Source of the DNA: Eledone cirrhosa
Lineage: Eukaryota
Reading direction: 5' to 3'
NCBI GenBank assembly: GCA_964016885.1
Contig: OZ024744.1
Coordinates: 89,776,001 to 89,840,000, forward strand
Length of the DNA stretch: 64,000 bases
Part shown: in pieces, positions 24,485-36,808 of the stretch
How positions within the stretch are numbered: the first letter of the stretch is position 1
Layout: the number at the start of each line of letters is the position of its first letter
Position numbers and translations under genes: made by a program
Notes under the pieces: model-generated
Database searches by the model: none
What the model saw: the letters and a program-made list of their open reading frames with translations, nothing else
Told to the model about the DNA's origin: nothing

Positions 24485-25807
24485 TTAACTGTATACTTTG
24501 TGAAAAGTTCTATGGAATTTATGCAGGCAGATAGAAAACAAATCTGTACGTCTATTTATTATAGAATCTAGGTTAGAGATAATGGTAAATTTTTCATTTA
24601 GGCAGAGATTACAGATTTTAGATAGAGAGCTGTTCAAGTATGAGGATGCAGAAGAAACCTTCTTCCAAAAGATGGTATATTTAATGTTTTTGTCTTTTAA
24701 GGACCATATGAGTTCTGAGAGAGCAGTGTTGGTTCTTTTAAGTTTGTATTTGAAAGATGAATGATGATTATAGAGACGAGCTTTAAAAGAGGTGGAAGTG
24801 GAGCCAAAATAGGTGAAGGAATTGGTGCTAGTTATAATTTTACATTCATAAATTAAGTTTTTATCGAGACAATGGTTGTTGAGAGGACATTTATTTTTAA
24901 TGCGGCAGTTGCAATTAGAGAGATTATTAATGAGTGACCTAGTGTTATCTATAGAAGGAATTGGATTGGAGAAGTTGTTTGCGATAGCAATAATAGGAAT
25001 AATAGTTTCTTGATTTAGAGTTGGATTATGAACATTTAGCGAAGTTGTGTTTGACGTTGTATTTGGGTTTACAGAAGTTAGCCTAGGGTTTACAATGACG
25101 TCGGGAGTACTATTACTGTTATTATGAAATTCAATGTTGGAAGGAAGAGATTTAGTATTTAGTATTTTATTGTTGTGTTTAGAGATGATGTTGGAAATAT
25201 TGGAGGATGTGGAATAAGAAAATTTGATGGTGTGTTTGTTAAATATTTTACTATAGATATGTGAGGGAGGGAAGCATTTATTTAAGGCACTAAAAAATAA
25301 TTTAGGAATATTGTTATTAATAGAGATGGAGAAAGGAGCATTATACCAGATTATGTTTTTGTATCTAGGTCTTTTATTAAAATTATTGGAATGATCATGA
25401 TTAATTATTCTACTGTAAGTTTTTCTAGAATTTGTTTCTTTACTATATTTGATTTTATCTGGATAGCCGGCTTTAGAAAGTGCGTTATTATAGTAATTGG
25501 CGTTAGCATCAAAGATGTTTTTATTAGAGGATATGTTAGATATTCTTTTTCCAATATTACTAACTATAGCATTCTTGATATTGGTAGGATGGTTAGATTT
25601 AAAGTTAACATAATTTAGGTTCTCATTGTTTTTATGGTAAGGGTAATATAGGCCAGTGTCAAGATTAAGAGATACATCCAAGAAATTAGCTAGTTTGATA
25701 CTATTATCAAATTCAATTTTTAGGTTATGTTGGTTAAAGAGATTACGTATATTGTTCTTAATAATATTAAGGTTAACTATATTGCAATTTAGGATAGTAA
25801 AGATATA
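24485..25807 (-). CDS. Penelope-like ORF, partial: RT C-terminus/thumb, linker and GIY-YIG endonuclease
   Basis: NFLDVSL, YHKNN, SNHP, ALSKAGY, IIWYNAPFS, CNCR..CPL..HCL, LIYEC..YFGST, FKARLYNH, CNLCLNEK. The frame is open, but the start at 25993 is an artefact of read-through from the tail and TA repeat. Confidence 0.88.
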   Translation of the reverse strand, partial: YIFTILNCNIVNLNIIKNNIRNLFNQHNLKIEFDNSIKLANFLDVSLNLDTGLYYPYHKNNENLNYVNFKSNHPTNIKNAIVSNIGKRISNISSNKNIFDANANYYNNALSKAGYPDKIKYSKETNSRKTYSRIINHDHSNNFNKRPRYKNIIWYNAPFSISINNNIPKLFFSALNKCFPPSHIYSKIFNKHTIKFSYSTSSNISNIISKHNNKILNTKSLPSNIEFHNNSNSTPDVIVNPRLTSVNPNTTSNTTSLNVHNPTLNQETIIPIIAIANNFSNPIPSIDNTRSLINNLSNCNCRIKNKCPLNNHCLDKNLIYECKIITSTNSFTYFGSTSTSFKARLYNHHSSFKYKLKRTNTALSELIWSLKDKNIKYTIFWKKVSSASSYLNSSLSKICNLCLNEKFTIISNLDSIINRRTDLFSICLHKFHRTFHKVYS

Positions 25808-25891
25808 TGTATACTCCAGTCCTACAAACTGTAGAGTGCTTCTTATCCGATATCTGCATTGCTTTATTGTACTACAATAAAACTCACCTCC

Positions 25892-25968
<77 letters not shown>

Positions 25969-26090
25969 TAATAAAAACAATGAATAAAAACAAAGAAACA
26001 GTTCCTTATATTAAAAAATTCAAATATAAGGAACTGTTTCTTTGTTTTTATTCATTGTTTTTATTAATTTATCTTGACTGTTTTCCTGTG

Positions 26091-26207
<117 letters not shown>

Positions 26208-26350
26208 TTCAGGTTTGTGGTTCACCACTGGATAGAGCTGGTTAATTCCGTATGGTCAATCGCAATGTAATAATATAAAGTGTAGTCAACATAAAGCAGT
26301 TCAACCGTCTTTGTTTTTGTAATTGGTGGTGCTATTACGGAGTTAAATAT

Positions 26351-26579
26351 TATAATGAAATGACAGGAGGCTGGATTTGTGTAAAGGTAGATGCTGGATG
26401 GCGGTTGCCCTCGGGTCCTTGATTATCAGCCCCATGGATTTTATCTATTATATTCACGTATTATATTTCGAATACCTGATGATATCACCGGATTCATACG
26501 GAACCCGGTCATTGAAATGATCATAGTATAATAAACCTTTCAAGGATTTACACAAATCCAGTCTCCTGTCATTTCATTA

Positions 26580-26583
<4 letters not shown>
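26351..26583 (+). mobile_element. Short element with terminal inverted repeats and a hammerhead
   Basis: TATAATGAAATGACAGGAGGCTGGATTTGTGTAAA at 26351 is the reverse complement of 26547-26583. Confidence 0.65.
26472..26529 (+). ncRNA. Type I hammerhead ribozyme
   Basis: ATAC-CTGATGA-(..ACCGG..CCGGT..)-GAAA-TGATCA-TA-GTAT. Confidence 0.72.
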
Positions 26584-26612
<29 letters not shown>

Positions 26613-26616
<4 letters not shown>

Positions 26617-26789
26617 CCTTTGGGAGCCCCTACATGGACACACTAGAAGAGGAAGACCAAGGTTAACATATGTTGATGCCCTAAGGACAGACACTGGTCT
26701 GTTGGAGATGCAGGATATGGCAGCGATAATGAGGGACAGAGACCGCTGGAGAGAACTCGTCCATGGATCTCGGGAATTTTACCCGCCTT

Positions 26790-26791
<2 letters not shown>
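26613..26791 (+). mobile_element. RTE-X-like LINE extreme 3' end in (TA)n
   Basis: Translates as [40 protein letters not shown]. The stop is followed directly by (AT)n. Second copy at 46885-47060. Confidence 0.8.
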
Positions 26792-26833
<42 letters not shown>

Positions 26834-26841
26834 ATTATTAT

Positions 26842-26881
<40 letters not shown>

Positions 26882-26889
26882 ATTATTAT

Positions 26890-26942
<53 letters not shown>

Positions 26943-26946
<4 letters not shown>

Positions 26947-27120
26947 GGAGGTGAGTTTATATGTTGATTTAAAACTGCACTATTCACAAGTGTTTTTTAA
27001 CCTTCATATCATGTCTCCCTACTTTATCTGAAGAAAACGCAAATGCCATCGCATGATGATATTTGTTTATGAAATGCGCATAATAAAATACATGGAGCAC
27101 TTTTAACCATCTTTTGATCT

Positions 27121-27130
<10 letters not shown>
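26943..27130 (+). mobile_element. Penelope-like family A short insertion with hammerhead (27022-27089, CTGAAGA core)
   Basis: 16-nt inverted tail end followed by a pLTR fragment matching 808-980. Confidence 0.78.
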
Positions 27131-27167
<37 letters not shown>

Positions 27168-27170
<3 letters not shown>

Positions 27171-27545
27171 CTGATTATGCGTGTGTGTCACTTTAACGGC
27201 TTGACCGCATGCGTTGGGCAGGGAGCATAATATTTACTTGCTATAAGGCTTGATACCTTATGGCGTGGAAATAGGGCTGTCTAAAGATTCATTTCTTTCC
27301 ATTGGAAATTCGTTGGATTTTCAATCTCTCGGAATGATGAAACCGTCGGTAACAGCGTCTGAACAGGTGATTATTTAATCATTTTTTAATTTATTTAGAA
27401 AATTGTTTAATAACCGCTTGCTTCGCTACTTTTATATTGTTCTGGTATCTCGAATTAGTGCCATTGAACCACATGTATTATAAACAACTTGAATATTTCT
27501 ACAAGTACATTGTACCTGTTGAGGTATTCATCCACTTCTATATGT
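27168..27545 (+). mobile_element. Short TA-embedded element with mutated hammerhead (27276-27356), distant relative of the 483-bp unit
   Basis: GCTGT-CTAAAGA..GAAA-CCGTCGG-TA-ACAGC. Shares GCCATTGAACCACAT with 63031. Confidence 0.55.
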
Positions 27546-27555
27546 ATATATGTAT

Positions 27556-27682
<127 letters not shown>

Positions 27683-27689
27683 ATATTAT

Positions 27690-27862
27690 AATTGACAGTA
27701 TCGGTAGAGGGTCGGCCGCCATGCTTTCCAGCATAGTTACGTCCCTTTATAGTCTGAGTTCAAATTCCGCCGAGGTTAACTTTGCCTTTCATCCTTACAG
27801 GGTTGATAAATTAAAGTACCAGTAATGCACTGGGTAATTGCTGGCCAAAAGTAGAAACTATT
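27690..27862 (+). mobile_element. Meta-like SINE
   Basis: Family motifs. Confidence 0.8.
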
Positions 27863-27863
27863 A

Positions 27864-27926
<63 letters not shown>

Positions 27927-28309
27927 GAGGATGTGTGTTTGTCTGTGTGTGGATGCTACATTATTCGAGGTTGGCGTCTACACCGCTCGCCCGATCTCGT
28001 TCAAATTTACATACATCACTCCTCATGACCCTTTACATTGCTTAGGCTACTTTGTTTTTTGATAGGTCCCCCCAGGGGCCCGCAATCCACCTTTTTATCT
28101 ATTTTGGATGAAATCGGGAGATGAGGATGCATTTTATGCACGCGTGAAAAATTTTTCCTTTTGAGTTTTTTGACCCGGTTTTTTGCTAATATGGGTAGAA
28201 AAGAGTCTAAATTTTGTTGACGTGCTCGAATCATTTCGAAATTCGGTCGAGAGTGAAGCTCGAGGTCGAATCTCCACTTCGTATATAGAGAGACAGGAAT
28301 AACAGGTCT

Positions 28310-28560
28310 TATAGTAACATTACCTTCCCCTTCTCCCTTTTTTAGAGAGAGAAGAAGATAGAGAGAGAAGTATTACATTCCCCTCTCCACTTTGGTCAGT
28401 GAGCGAACCACTGTTGCTATAGTAACATTACCTTCCCCCTCCCCCTTCTTTATTGAGCGAGGAATATAGAGAGAGACGTTGTTGGTGTTAGAGTAACATT
28501 ACCTTCCCCTCTCCACTTACTTTGGTCTTTAAGACCGAGGGAACCACTGTTGCTATAGTT
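28310..28560. repeat. Three direct repeats in the Helitron 5' region
   Basis: AGTAACATTACCTTCCCC at about 28313, 28421 and 28492. Confidence 0.75.
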
Positions 28561-29043
28561 ACAGCTTCACGTGACACAAACCAGTTCCTGCCAGTTCTGA
28601 CCACCTGGCACCAGTTGAGTCAGTTTTTGCTTTCTTTCGGTCGAGAAGTGGACAAATTTTCGCCTTGAATCAAAAAAAAAATTTCATGGATGGCTGGAGG
28701 TGGCAGCTTTTATTCTGTTTTGGCAAGACTGCTATCAAAAAATTCTGCAGACTCTTATCGTTGATTTGAGTGGCCTGCAAAGCTTTGGTTTTCAAACGCT
28801 ACACTTTCTACTTGGTTAGGCTACTGTGTAGACGTGTGCTTCACTCTCACTGCATTACATTTTGTGACCTCGCTTTCGGACTTTGCCATTCCCAGTACGT
28901 TTTTTGTTTACTTTTTTCTTGCTTAAAATTGTAACAATTTGTCACTTTTTTTTACCTTCCCCAAAATACTGCTTATCACCTTCGCTTTTTTGCATTTGCT
29001 CTAAACCTGCTTCCCCTTTACTGTTTACTGTACTATTGCAACC

Positions 29044-32000
29044 ATGCCACTGAAAAGAAAGAGTACCCTTAGCCGTAGGAAAACATCGTCTGTTGTTTCA
29101 AAAAAGAGGCGATTGAATGAGCAGCCTACGGATGCCGGACTGCATTTTTGGCCACAAATCCCTGTTACTTCGCTTTCAAACTTAAGTACCCCTAGCACAG
29201 CCCAACCCAGCGCCTCTCTATCTACGGTTACCGCTTCGAATCGTGCCATTCGTAATTGTCGGAATGCAGTTGCAACAGCCGCCTCTAGGGCAGCAGAGAG
29301 TGACAGCCAAAGAGCTCTTCGTAGGGCTAGGAATGCTGCAACTACTGCTGCTGCAAGGGCCTCCGAAACTAAACAACAAACAGCCACCAGACGGTCAAAG
29401 AACTGTTTCAACCGCCGCCTCCCGTGCCACAGAAACCGACCAGGAGACAGCCATCCGAAGGTCCAAGGACTCCGCCTCCAAGGCAGCTGCCAGAGCATCC
29501 CAGACCGAGATACTGACAGCCATCCGAAGGTCCCAGAACGCTGTATCCACCGCCGCCTCCCGTGCCGCAGAACATCAAACAGCCCGCCGTGCTCGGTTGG
29601 ACACAAACAACGTACGAAAAGACACCGCCAGAGGAACAACGAGTCCACATGAGTCACTTTGTCTTATGAAGGCTTTCAACTACGATCCAACAGTAAAATA
29701 CTCCGACCGTACGGACATTCAACTAGGCAAGATGGATGTCATATGCCAATTCTGTGGTGCAGAGAAGTGGCCCGGAGAACCACCTGGCCCGTGGTGCTCT
29801 AATGGGAAGGTTTCACTTCCTCCTTTGGCGGCCCCTCCAGAACCTTTGCGAGAACTTCTTAGCGCAGAGACCTCTACGTCAACAGACTTCATTGGCAACA
29901 TAAGGAAATACAACTGCGCCTTTCAGATGACTTCGTTCGGGGCCAAAATTGTCCGAGAAAGCGGATGGATGCCAACCTTTAAGGTTCAGGACCAGGTTTA
30001 CCACTATGTCGGTCCTCTACAGCCTGCGCCGTCAGCGCAACCCGCCTTCCTGCAAATTTACTTCATAGCTGACTACAACAAGCAGGCTGACATGCGCTCA
30101 TCTGTCATCCCAGCTGATGGCACTAGAGAGAACTTGGACAGAGACGTCCTCCTTGCGCTGCAGAAAATGCTACACTCCGAAAACAGCTACGTGCAGAGCT
30201 TCAAGTACGCCTTGGAGACTTCTGACCTGCCTAACTTCAACATTGTCATCGATGCCGACAAAAGACCATCCGGAGAACACGCCCGTCGATTCAACGCGCC
30301 CGCGTGCAACGAGGTGGCAGTCGTCCTTCACGGAGACCAGCACAACCCCCGGGATATCGTCATATCCAACCGTGCAACTGGCCTCCACAGAATACGCGAA
30401 ACACACCGATCCTACGACAGCCTCCAATACCCTCTACTTTTCCTCCGCGGCGAGGACGCCAACCACTTCAAGATTCCACACTGCCAGCCAAACCAGCCCT
30501 CCGTTGCTGCCGCCAAAACCGTGTCCTGCAAGGAATTTTACGCATACCGACTCATGCCTCGGAGAAACTGTTTCAACAGTTTGCACAGATCGCAGGACCT
30601 ACTGAACAAATTTGCGGTGGATATGGCAGCAAAGATGGAGTCAGAACGACTGGCCTTCATTCGAACCCACCAGCAGCAACTGCGTAGCGAAAGCTACATA
30701 CACCTGCGAGACGGCTTGACCAACGACGGGGATCCCCGAAACACTGGCAAGGTCTGCATCCTGCCTTCTACCTTAACTGGAGGAACTCAGTACATGCACG
30801 AGAGGACTCAGGACGCCATAACCTACGTGCGGGCCTACAGCCGTCCTGACCTCTTCATCACCTTCACGTGCAACCCGAAGGCGGATGAGATCACCCGAGA
30901 ACTCCTTCCAGGGCAGTCATACCACCGCCGCCTTGACCTCATAGCGAGGGCTTTCGAGAGGAACATACAGAAAATGAAGGCATGTTGTGCAAAAGCCAAC
31001 ATATTCGGCCCTGCTAGATGCCATACGTACACTGTAGAATGGCAGAAACAGGGCCTGCCTCACATTCATCTGTTACTGTGGCTGCAGAACAAGATCAACT
31101 CCAACGACATCGACAAATTTATCTGCGCAAAGATCCCAACCCTGCCACCGACAAAGAACTCTTCGACGTCGTCACGACTTCCATGATAAACGGACCCTGT
31201 TATCCGGGTTCTAAGCATTCGTGTCAGAAAGACAGGATCTGTAGTAAGAGGTACCCTAGGAAATTTGTTTCAGAGACCCAGACAGGGCACGACGGCTATC
31301 CCCTGTACAGGCGCCGGTCGCATGAAGACGGTGGTTTTACTGCCATTGTAAGGGAAAAGCAAGTCGACAATCGATGGGTGATCCCCTATTGTCCACTTCT
31401 CACTTCGACGTTCCAAGCCCACATTAATGTGGAATTCTGTAGCTCAGTTAAATCGATTAAATATGTTTGCAAGTACGTCAACAAGGGCTGCGATTCCGCC
31501 GCATTCGCCCTCCAGTCCGACCGGGACGAGGTCAGTGAGTACCTATCGGCCCGGTACATAAGTACAAACGAAGCGTTTTGGCGAATTTTGGGTTTTTCTA
31601 TCCATGAAAGGTACCCCAAAATCACAAACCTGGCGGTCCACTTAGAGAACGGACAGCGGGTTTACTTTACGGCCGCAAATTCTGCTCAAGTTGCGGCTAA
31701 CCCCAAAGAAACCACGTTAACCGCTTTCTTTAAGCTCTGTCACGTAGACGCTTTTGCGAGAACTCTAATTTACCCTCAGGTGCCGTCCTACTTCACTTGG
31801 CGCCGCAATAGCTGGGTACGGCGAAAAACTGGTAAGGCAGTTGAATCGCATCCGGGAGTTAAATTTTTTGACTGCCTCGGTAGAGTCTACACGGTTCCCC
31901 CAACCCAACCTGAGTGCTTTCACCTGCGCATTCTTCTGCACGAGGTCAAGGGGCCGCAAGGTTTCTTTGACTTAAAAACAGTAAACGGGGAACTTTGCAA

Positions 32001-33764
32001 CACTTTTCGAGAAGCCTGCTTTAGGCTTGGTCTCTTGGAAGATGACTCCCAATGGGACTCGACCCTCGCCGATGGTGCTCTGCTGAAATCCCCACAGAAA
32101 TTAAGGGAACTGTTTGCCTTTTTGCTGCACAATTGTGGCTTAGCTAACCCTTCAGCCCGTTGGCTGAAGTACAAGGACGATTTGTGCGAGGACTTCCTCC
32201 GCACAGCCAAACGGCAAAATCCGTCTTTAGAAGTGGGGTTCACCGAAAATATTTACAACCAAGGGCTAATTTCCATCCAAGAAGAGCTCCTTCAACTAGG
32301 GGGGAATGACTTGCCAACATACGGCTTGCCAGCAGGGAAAAGTTAGTGTGCTGGGTCCGAGATTTTCTGTTGGAGACATCTTACGATGTCGCCATGTTGA
32401 CAACTTTCCTAGATGAAAATGAACGAAAGCTTCTTCCCGAGCAAAGGGTTGCTTATGAGACTGTCGTTGACAGTGCACTGGGTGGATTAGGTTGTGTCTT
32501 CTTTCTTGATGCCTCTGGCGGTACAGGCAAAATCTTCGTTACCTCCCTCATTTTGGCGCGTCTTCGACAACAAAAAGAGATTGCCCTTGCGGTCGCCTCA
32601 TCGGGGATCGCCGCTACCTTGCTGTCTGGAGGGAAGACGGCTCATGCTGCCTTTAAGCTTCCGTTGGACCTCGCACGAACTGATACGCCGACGTGCAACA
32701 TTAGCAAGCACTCCGACAAATCGGCACTTCTCGCAAAATATTGCCTCATTGTGTGGGACGAATGCACCATGGCACATAAGGGTGCTCTGGGGGCATTAGA
32801 TAGGAGTTTAAAAGATATCAAGAACTCCTCGGCACCCTTGGGTGGCGTGACTTTACTGCTTTCAGGTGACTTCAGGCAAACTCTGCCTGTTATCCCCAAA
32901 GGGACAAGGGCTGATGAAGTCCGCGCATGCCTGAAGTCGTCGACGCTTTGGTCTATCGTTCGGACACTTCGCCTGAGCGTTAACATGCGGGCGCAGTTGC
33001 TCGGGGACAGCACGTCTGCTGAATTCGGCCAGGCCATCCTAGCTATAGGGGAAGGCCGACTTCCTTCCAACGAAAAGGGTGAGGTGTCGCTGGCATCTGT
33101 CAGTAATACAGTTGACAGTCCTCAGGCCCTTTTAAAAGCTGTTTTTCCAAACCTACAGGTTAACTATACTAGCTTAGATTGGCTTAGTTCAAGAGCCATC
33201 CTAGCCCCCAAAAACTCTCCTGTTAATGCTCTCAACGAAGAGCTACTCGGCAAGATTCCAGCCCAACAGAACATTTTTAAGTCTATAGACCGCGTCACCG
33301 ATCCACAGGAGGCGACGGATTACCCAGTAGAGTTTTTGAATAGCCTTGACCCCCCGCAGTCGGTAGTCCGATTATGCGTATGCGTAACATGCGGCCCCCA
33401 AAACAGTGCAACGGCACTCGAATGGTAGTCAAATCAATGACGAACCATCTCATTGAAGCAACCATTTTAACTGGTTGTGGTAAAGGTGAGACCGTCATGA
33501 TCCCAAGGCTAAGCATCCAACCTTCGACCACGGACATCCCGATAGGTTTTAGGCGACATCAGTTTCCCGTAAGGCCCTGCTTCGCGATCACCATAAACAA
33601 ATCTCAGGGTCAAACTTTGTCATGGCGGGCATTCATCTAAAGAGCCCTGCTTTGCTCATTGCCAACTTTATGTTGCCTGCTCGCGAGTTGGGAGTAATGA
33701 CTCCCTTTTTTCATACACACCCAACGGTATGACCCGCAACATAGTCTACAAAGAGGTCCTGTAA
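29044..33764 (+). pseudogene. Helitron RepHel (HUH Rep endonuclease plus PIF1-like SF1B helicase), several frameshifts
   Basis: MPLKRK start, CQFCGA..WCSNGK, PDLFITFTCNP, VEWQKQGLPHIH, IKYVCKYVNKG, DASGGTGK, IVWDECTM, GDFRQTLPV, NMR, RAILAPKN, TINKSQGQT, QLYVACSRV, TRNIVYKEVL* (TAA 33762-33764). Spread over ORFs 29044, 29243, 31018, 32346 and 33374. Confidence 0.95.
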
Positions 33765-34549
33765 CGTGCATTACCACTGAGATGATTTAACACAAAAATA
33801 GTTTATATATATACAAACACATACACACACTCACATACAGATATATATATATCATTATCTATAAAAGCGAGTGTGTGTGCATGTTCCTTTTCTATACGAT
33901 TAAAAAAAAACACCTCCTTCAATGGAAAATTACTTATCAATATTCGAAATAGCTTCAATTAGGTCATGCAGAATTTATATATTTAAAATTGGTCCCCAAT
34001 TACGCAAAAAAATCGATAAAACTCAATAATTCACGATATACCTCTCTCATAAATCTGATATCGAAACTGAAGATTACGACCCTAAATGGTGGACAGTTCG
34101 AAATACTGCTGCTGCTGTGCTTCTGGCTGTTGCTCATCTCATTCTATCAGGCTCTTCCAACAACTTTACAGTACTTTATCATCCGTTAAAAAAAAACTGT
34201 TTTTTGGCTGTTTTTTTGTTTTCGACAGAAAATTTATTACGATTTCTGTTTGCTATTCTTAATATATATTTTTTTTGTGTTCCCTTTTTGTGATTTTTGT
34301 GGGTTTCTTGGTTGAGAAAAGAAGATGGTAAAACTGGGTTGAAGAGATTTTCATTTCTAAATTCTATTATCATTACAACTTTGACATATTTTATGTAAAG
34401 TGAATATGAGAAAAAAAAATTCTTCATATTTATTGTTTCCTAATCTGAATAAAAACAGCAGTAACCCGGGCAACGCCGGGTCATTCAGCTAGTATATATA
34501 TAAATGAAAAGTATAGAAATTATTGTGAGCATGAAACCAACAGTATTTC

Positions 34550-34606
<57 letters not shown>

Positions 34607-34689
34607 ATGTATGTATGTAAAAGATAAACAGAAATAACAACACAATCGGTACAGTATATGGAAGGTATATATTAGGTTAAAGCTTGATA

Positions 34690-34883
<194 letters not shown>

Positions 34884-34978
34884 GTGTAGAACACTGATAG
34901 GTAATATCCGTAGTGGTAGAGCACTCAGTCCACGGGACGAGTTTGGTAGAAGTAGTAACACAACAATTAGTTCACCAT

Positions 34979-35021
34979 ACCGAGAACAATTGTTTCACGT
35001 TATTCGGATCATCAGCACGGT
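34979..35021 (-). ncRNA. Hammerhead-like motif, partly degenerate
   Basis: ACCGTG-CTGATGA-TCCGAATAACGT-GAAA-CAATTG-TT-CTCGGT. One stem I mismatch and a weak stem II. Confidence 0.5.
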
Positions 35022-35245
35022 CTAATTTAGACCGAACACAGAAATGAAAAAATAATATTACAGTAGGGTTGATTTAAAGCTTGAAGAAAGTAGAGTAGAA
35101 ATGTTTCTGACGTTGATCCTTTATTTGATATCCAAAGAAAAAGAACGAGGATAAAACATGAAGAGAGAACTGACTGCAAAATTATTCCTATAATTGTATC
35201 TAGAGTTTGTTTGATGGATTGATGTATTTTAGTCTGTCTTTTATA

Positions 35246-35445
35246 CGAGGGTGGGATGAAATGCTCATAGGCTGAGTATGAAGGAGTAATACTAGAGCTG
35301 TGAAATCTTGTATGCGTTAATTTCAACTCGTCTTATTCATAACTGCTTTTTTTTTCTTTCCGAGGACTATATTGAAAAATTAACCTCATTTTGTCATTCC
35401 ATGAGAGTAACATATTCAGCTTATCAACTTTTCAGCCAACCCTCG
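35246..35445. mobile_element. Tc1/mariner-type MITE
   Basis: TA|CGAGGGT...ACCCTCG|TA termini. Homologous copies at 44085-44276 and 44279-44370. Confidence 0.8.
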
Positions 35446-35591
35446 TATTAGAATGTCTTTCTAAAGATTTGACACACTGTTTATTGTATGATATGTATTT
35501 GAACATGTTTTCGTTGTATTGCTTATATGTATTTCTATCAAGTTCGTACAAAATGTTAGATTTATTCACACACACACAAATATACACTTGC

Positions 35592-36808
35592 ATACATACA
35601 TGGTAGCTGCCAACTCGTTTTCGAGTACGGCCACTACTTTATATCCATGTAGGAGAAATCCTACCGATGAACTGAACGAGTGTGGCTTTTTAGTCCAGCC
35701 AGCGACTTGAAAACTCTGGTACAAACACTACACTTGTGACAATTATTGACACATAGTGCTGGGCCCATGGTACCATGTGACGACAAGTGCAGAGAGATCA
35801 GAGATCTCCAGATACAAAGCAATGCCTGTGCCGTGAAGCTTTTATAGTGAGCAAAGGCACTGCACAAAGCCAGTCCCACTCTCTTAACCAAGATGATATT
35901 TACCAAAAAGAAGAACAAGTCAACATCATTGAATACTATCAGGGTTGCAGGTATTATATCAGAGTTTTCCTTCTCCTAGAATTCTGCCTTTACAAAGGCT
36001 AAGGGGTCATCTCTCCCGGTGATTTTGGATGGCCATTGACTCTTAAGAGCTCCTTTGTCTTTGACAGGTTTTGTTTTTAGTCCTGCAGGATATCCAAAGT
36101 CACCCTCCTCACCAAGAAACCTTGGTGGGGTTGCCAGTTTAGTCGCCAACGACCCGACCATGAGACAGGTTGTACTGGGATACATGTTACCAGTAGCACC
36201 AACTGGTGACCTGGCATACTGACATACATACATACATACATGGTGGCTGCCAACTCGTTTTCGAGTACGGCCACTACTTTATATCCATGTAGGAGAACCC
36301 CTACCGATGCGCTGAACGAGTGTGACTTTTTAGTCCAGCTAGCGACTTGAAAACTCTGGTACAAACACTACACTTGTGACAATTATTGACACATAGTGCT
36401 GGGCCCATGGTACCATGTGACGACAAGTGCAAAGAGATCTCCAGATATAAAGCAATGCCTGTGCCGTGAAGCTTTTATAGTGAGCAAAGGCACTGCACAA
36501 AGCCAGTCCCACTCTCTTAACCAAGATGATATTTACCAAAAAGAAGAACAAGTCAACATCATTGGATACCATCAGGGTTGCAGGTGTTATATCAGAGTTT
36601 TCCTTCTCCTAGAATTCTGCCTTTACAAAGGCTAAGGGGTCATCTCTCCCGGTGATTTTGGATGGCCATTGACTCTTTAGAGCTCCTTTGCCCTTTGACA
36701 GGCTTTGTTTTTAGTCCTGCAGGATATCCAAAGTCACCCTCCTCACCAAGAAACCTTGGTGGGGTTGCCAGTTTAGTCGCCAACGACCCGACCATGAGAC
36801 AGGTTGTA
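35592..36808 (-). mobile_element. Two tandem copies (about 640-bp period) of an RTE-derived non-autonomous element with (ATGT)n tail
   Basis: 35600-36175 is highly similar to 36240-36808. The minus strand ends in CSVCTRVFKSLAGLKSHTRSVH (C2H2-like, as at RTE C-termini). (TACA)n lies between and around the copies. Confidence 0.7.

Larger units (their letters stand above)
23366..25895 (-). mobile_element. Penelope-like retroelement family A, 5'-truncated, with inverted 87-nt tail, in (TA)n
   Basis: Partial RT/GIY-YIG ORF, about 1.1-kb 3' region with internal duplications, terminal hammerhead, and 25809-25895 matching the tail at 55501-55587. Confidence 0.9.
27919..34492 (+). mobile_element. Helitron (autonomous type, decayed)
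   Basis: RepHel coding region. 3' hairpin ACCCGG-GCAACG-CCGGGT (34464-34481) followed by CTAG|T (34489-34493). The 5' end emerges from (TA)n into AAAACAGAGGATGTGTGTTTGTCTG and its exact base is uncertain. Confidence 0.9.

Noticed and set aside
25808-25993. Apparent N-terminus of the 502-aa ORF
   Set aside because: It reads through the inverted tail and TA repeat, and the RT core is missing.
35661-35918. C2H2 zinc-finger host gene
   Set aside because: It is a single finger inside a tandemly repeated element with a retrotransposon-type tail, and the second copy is frameshifted.
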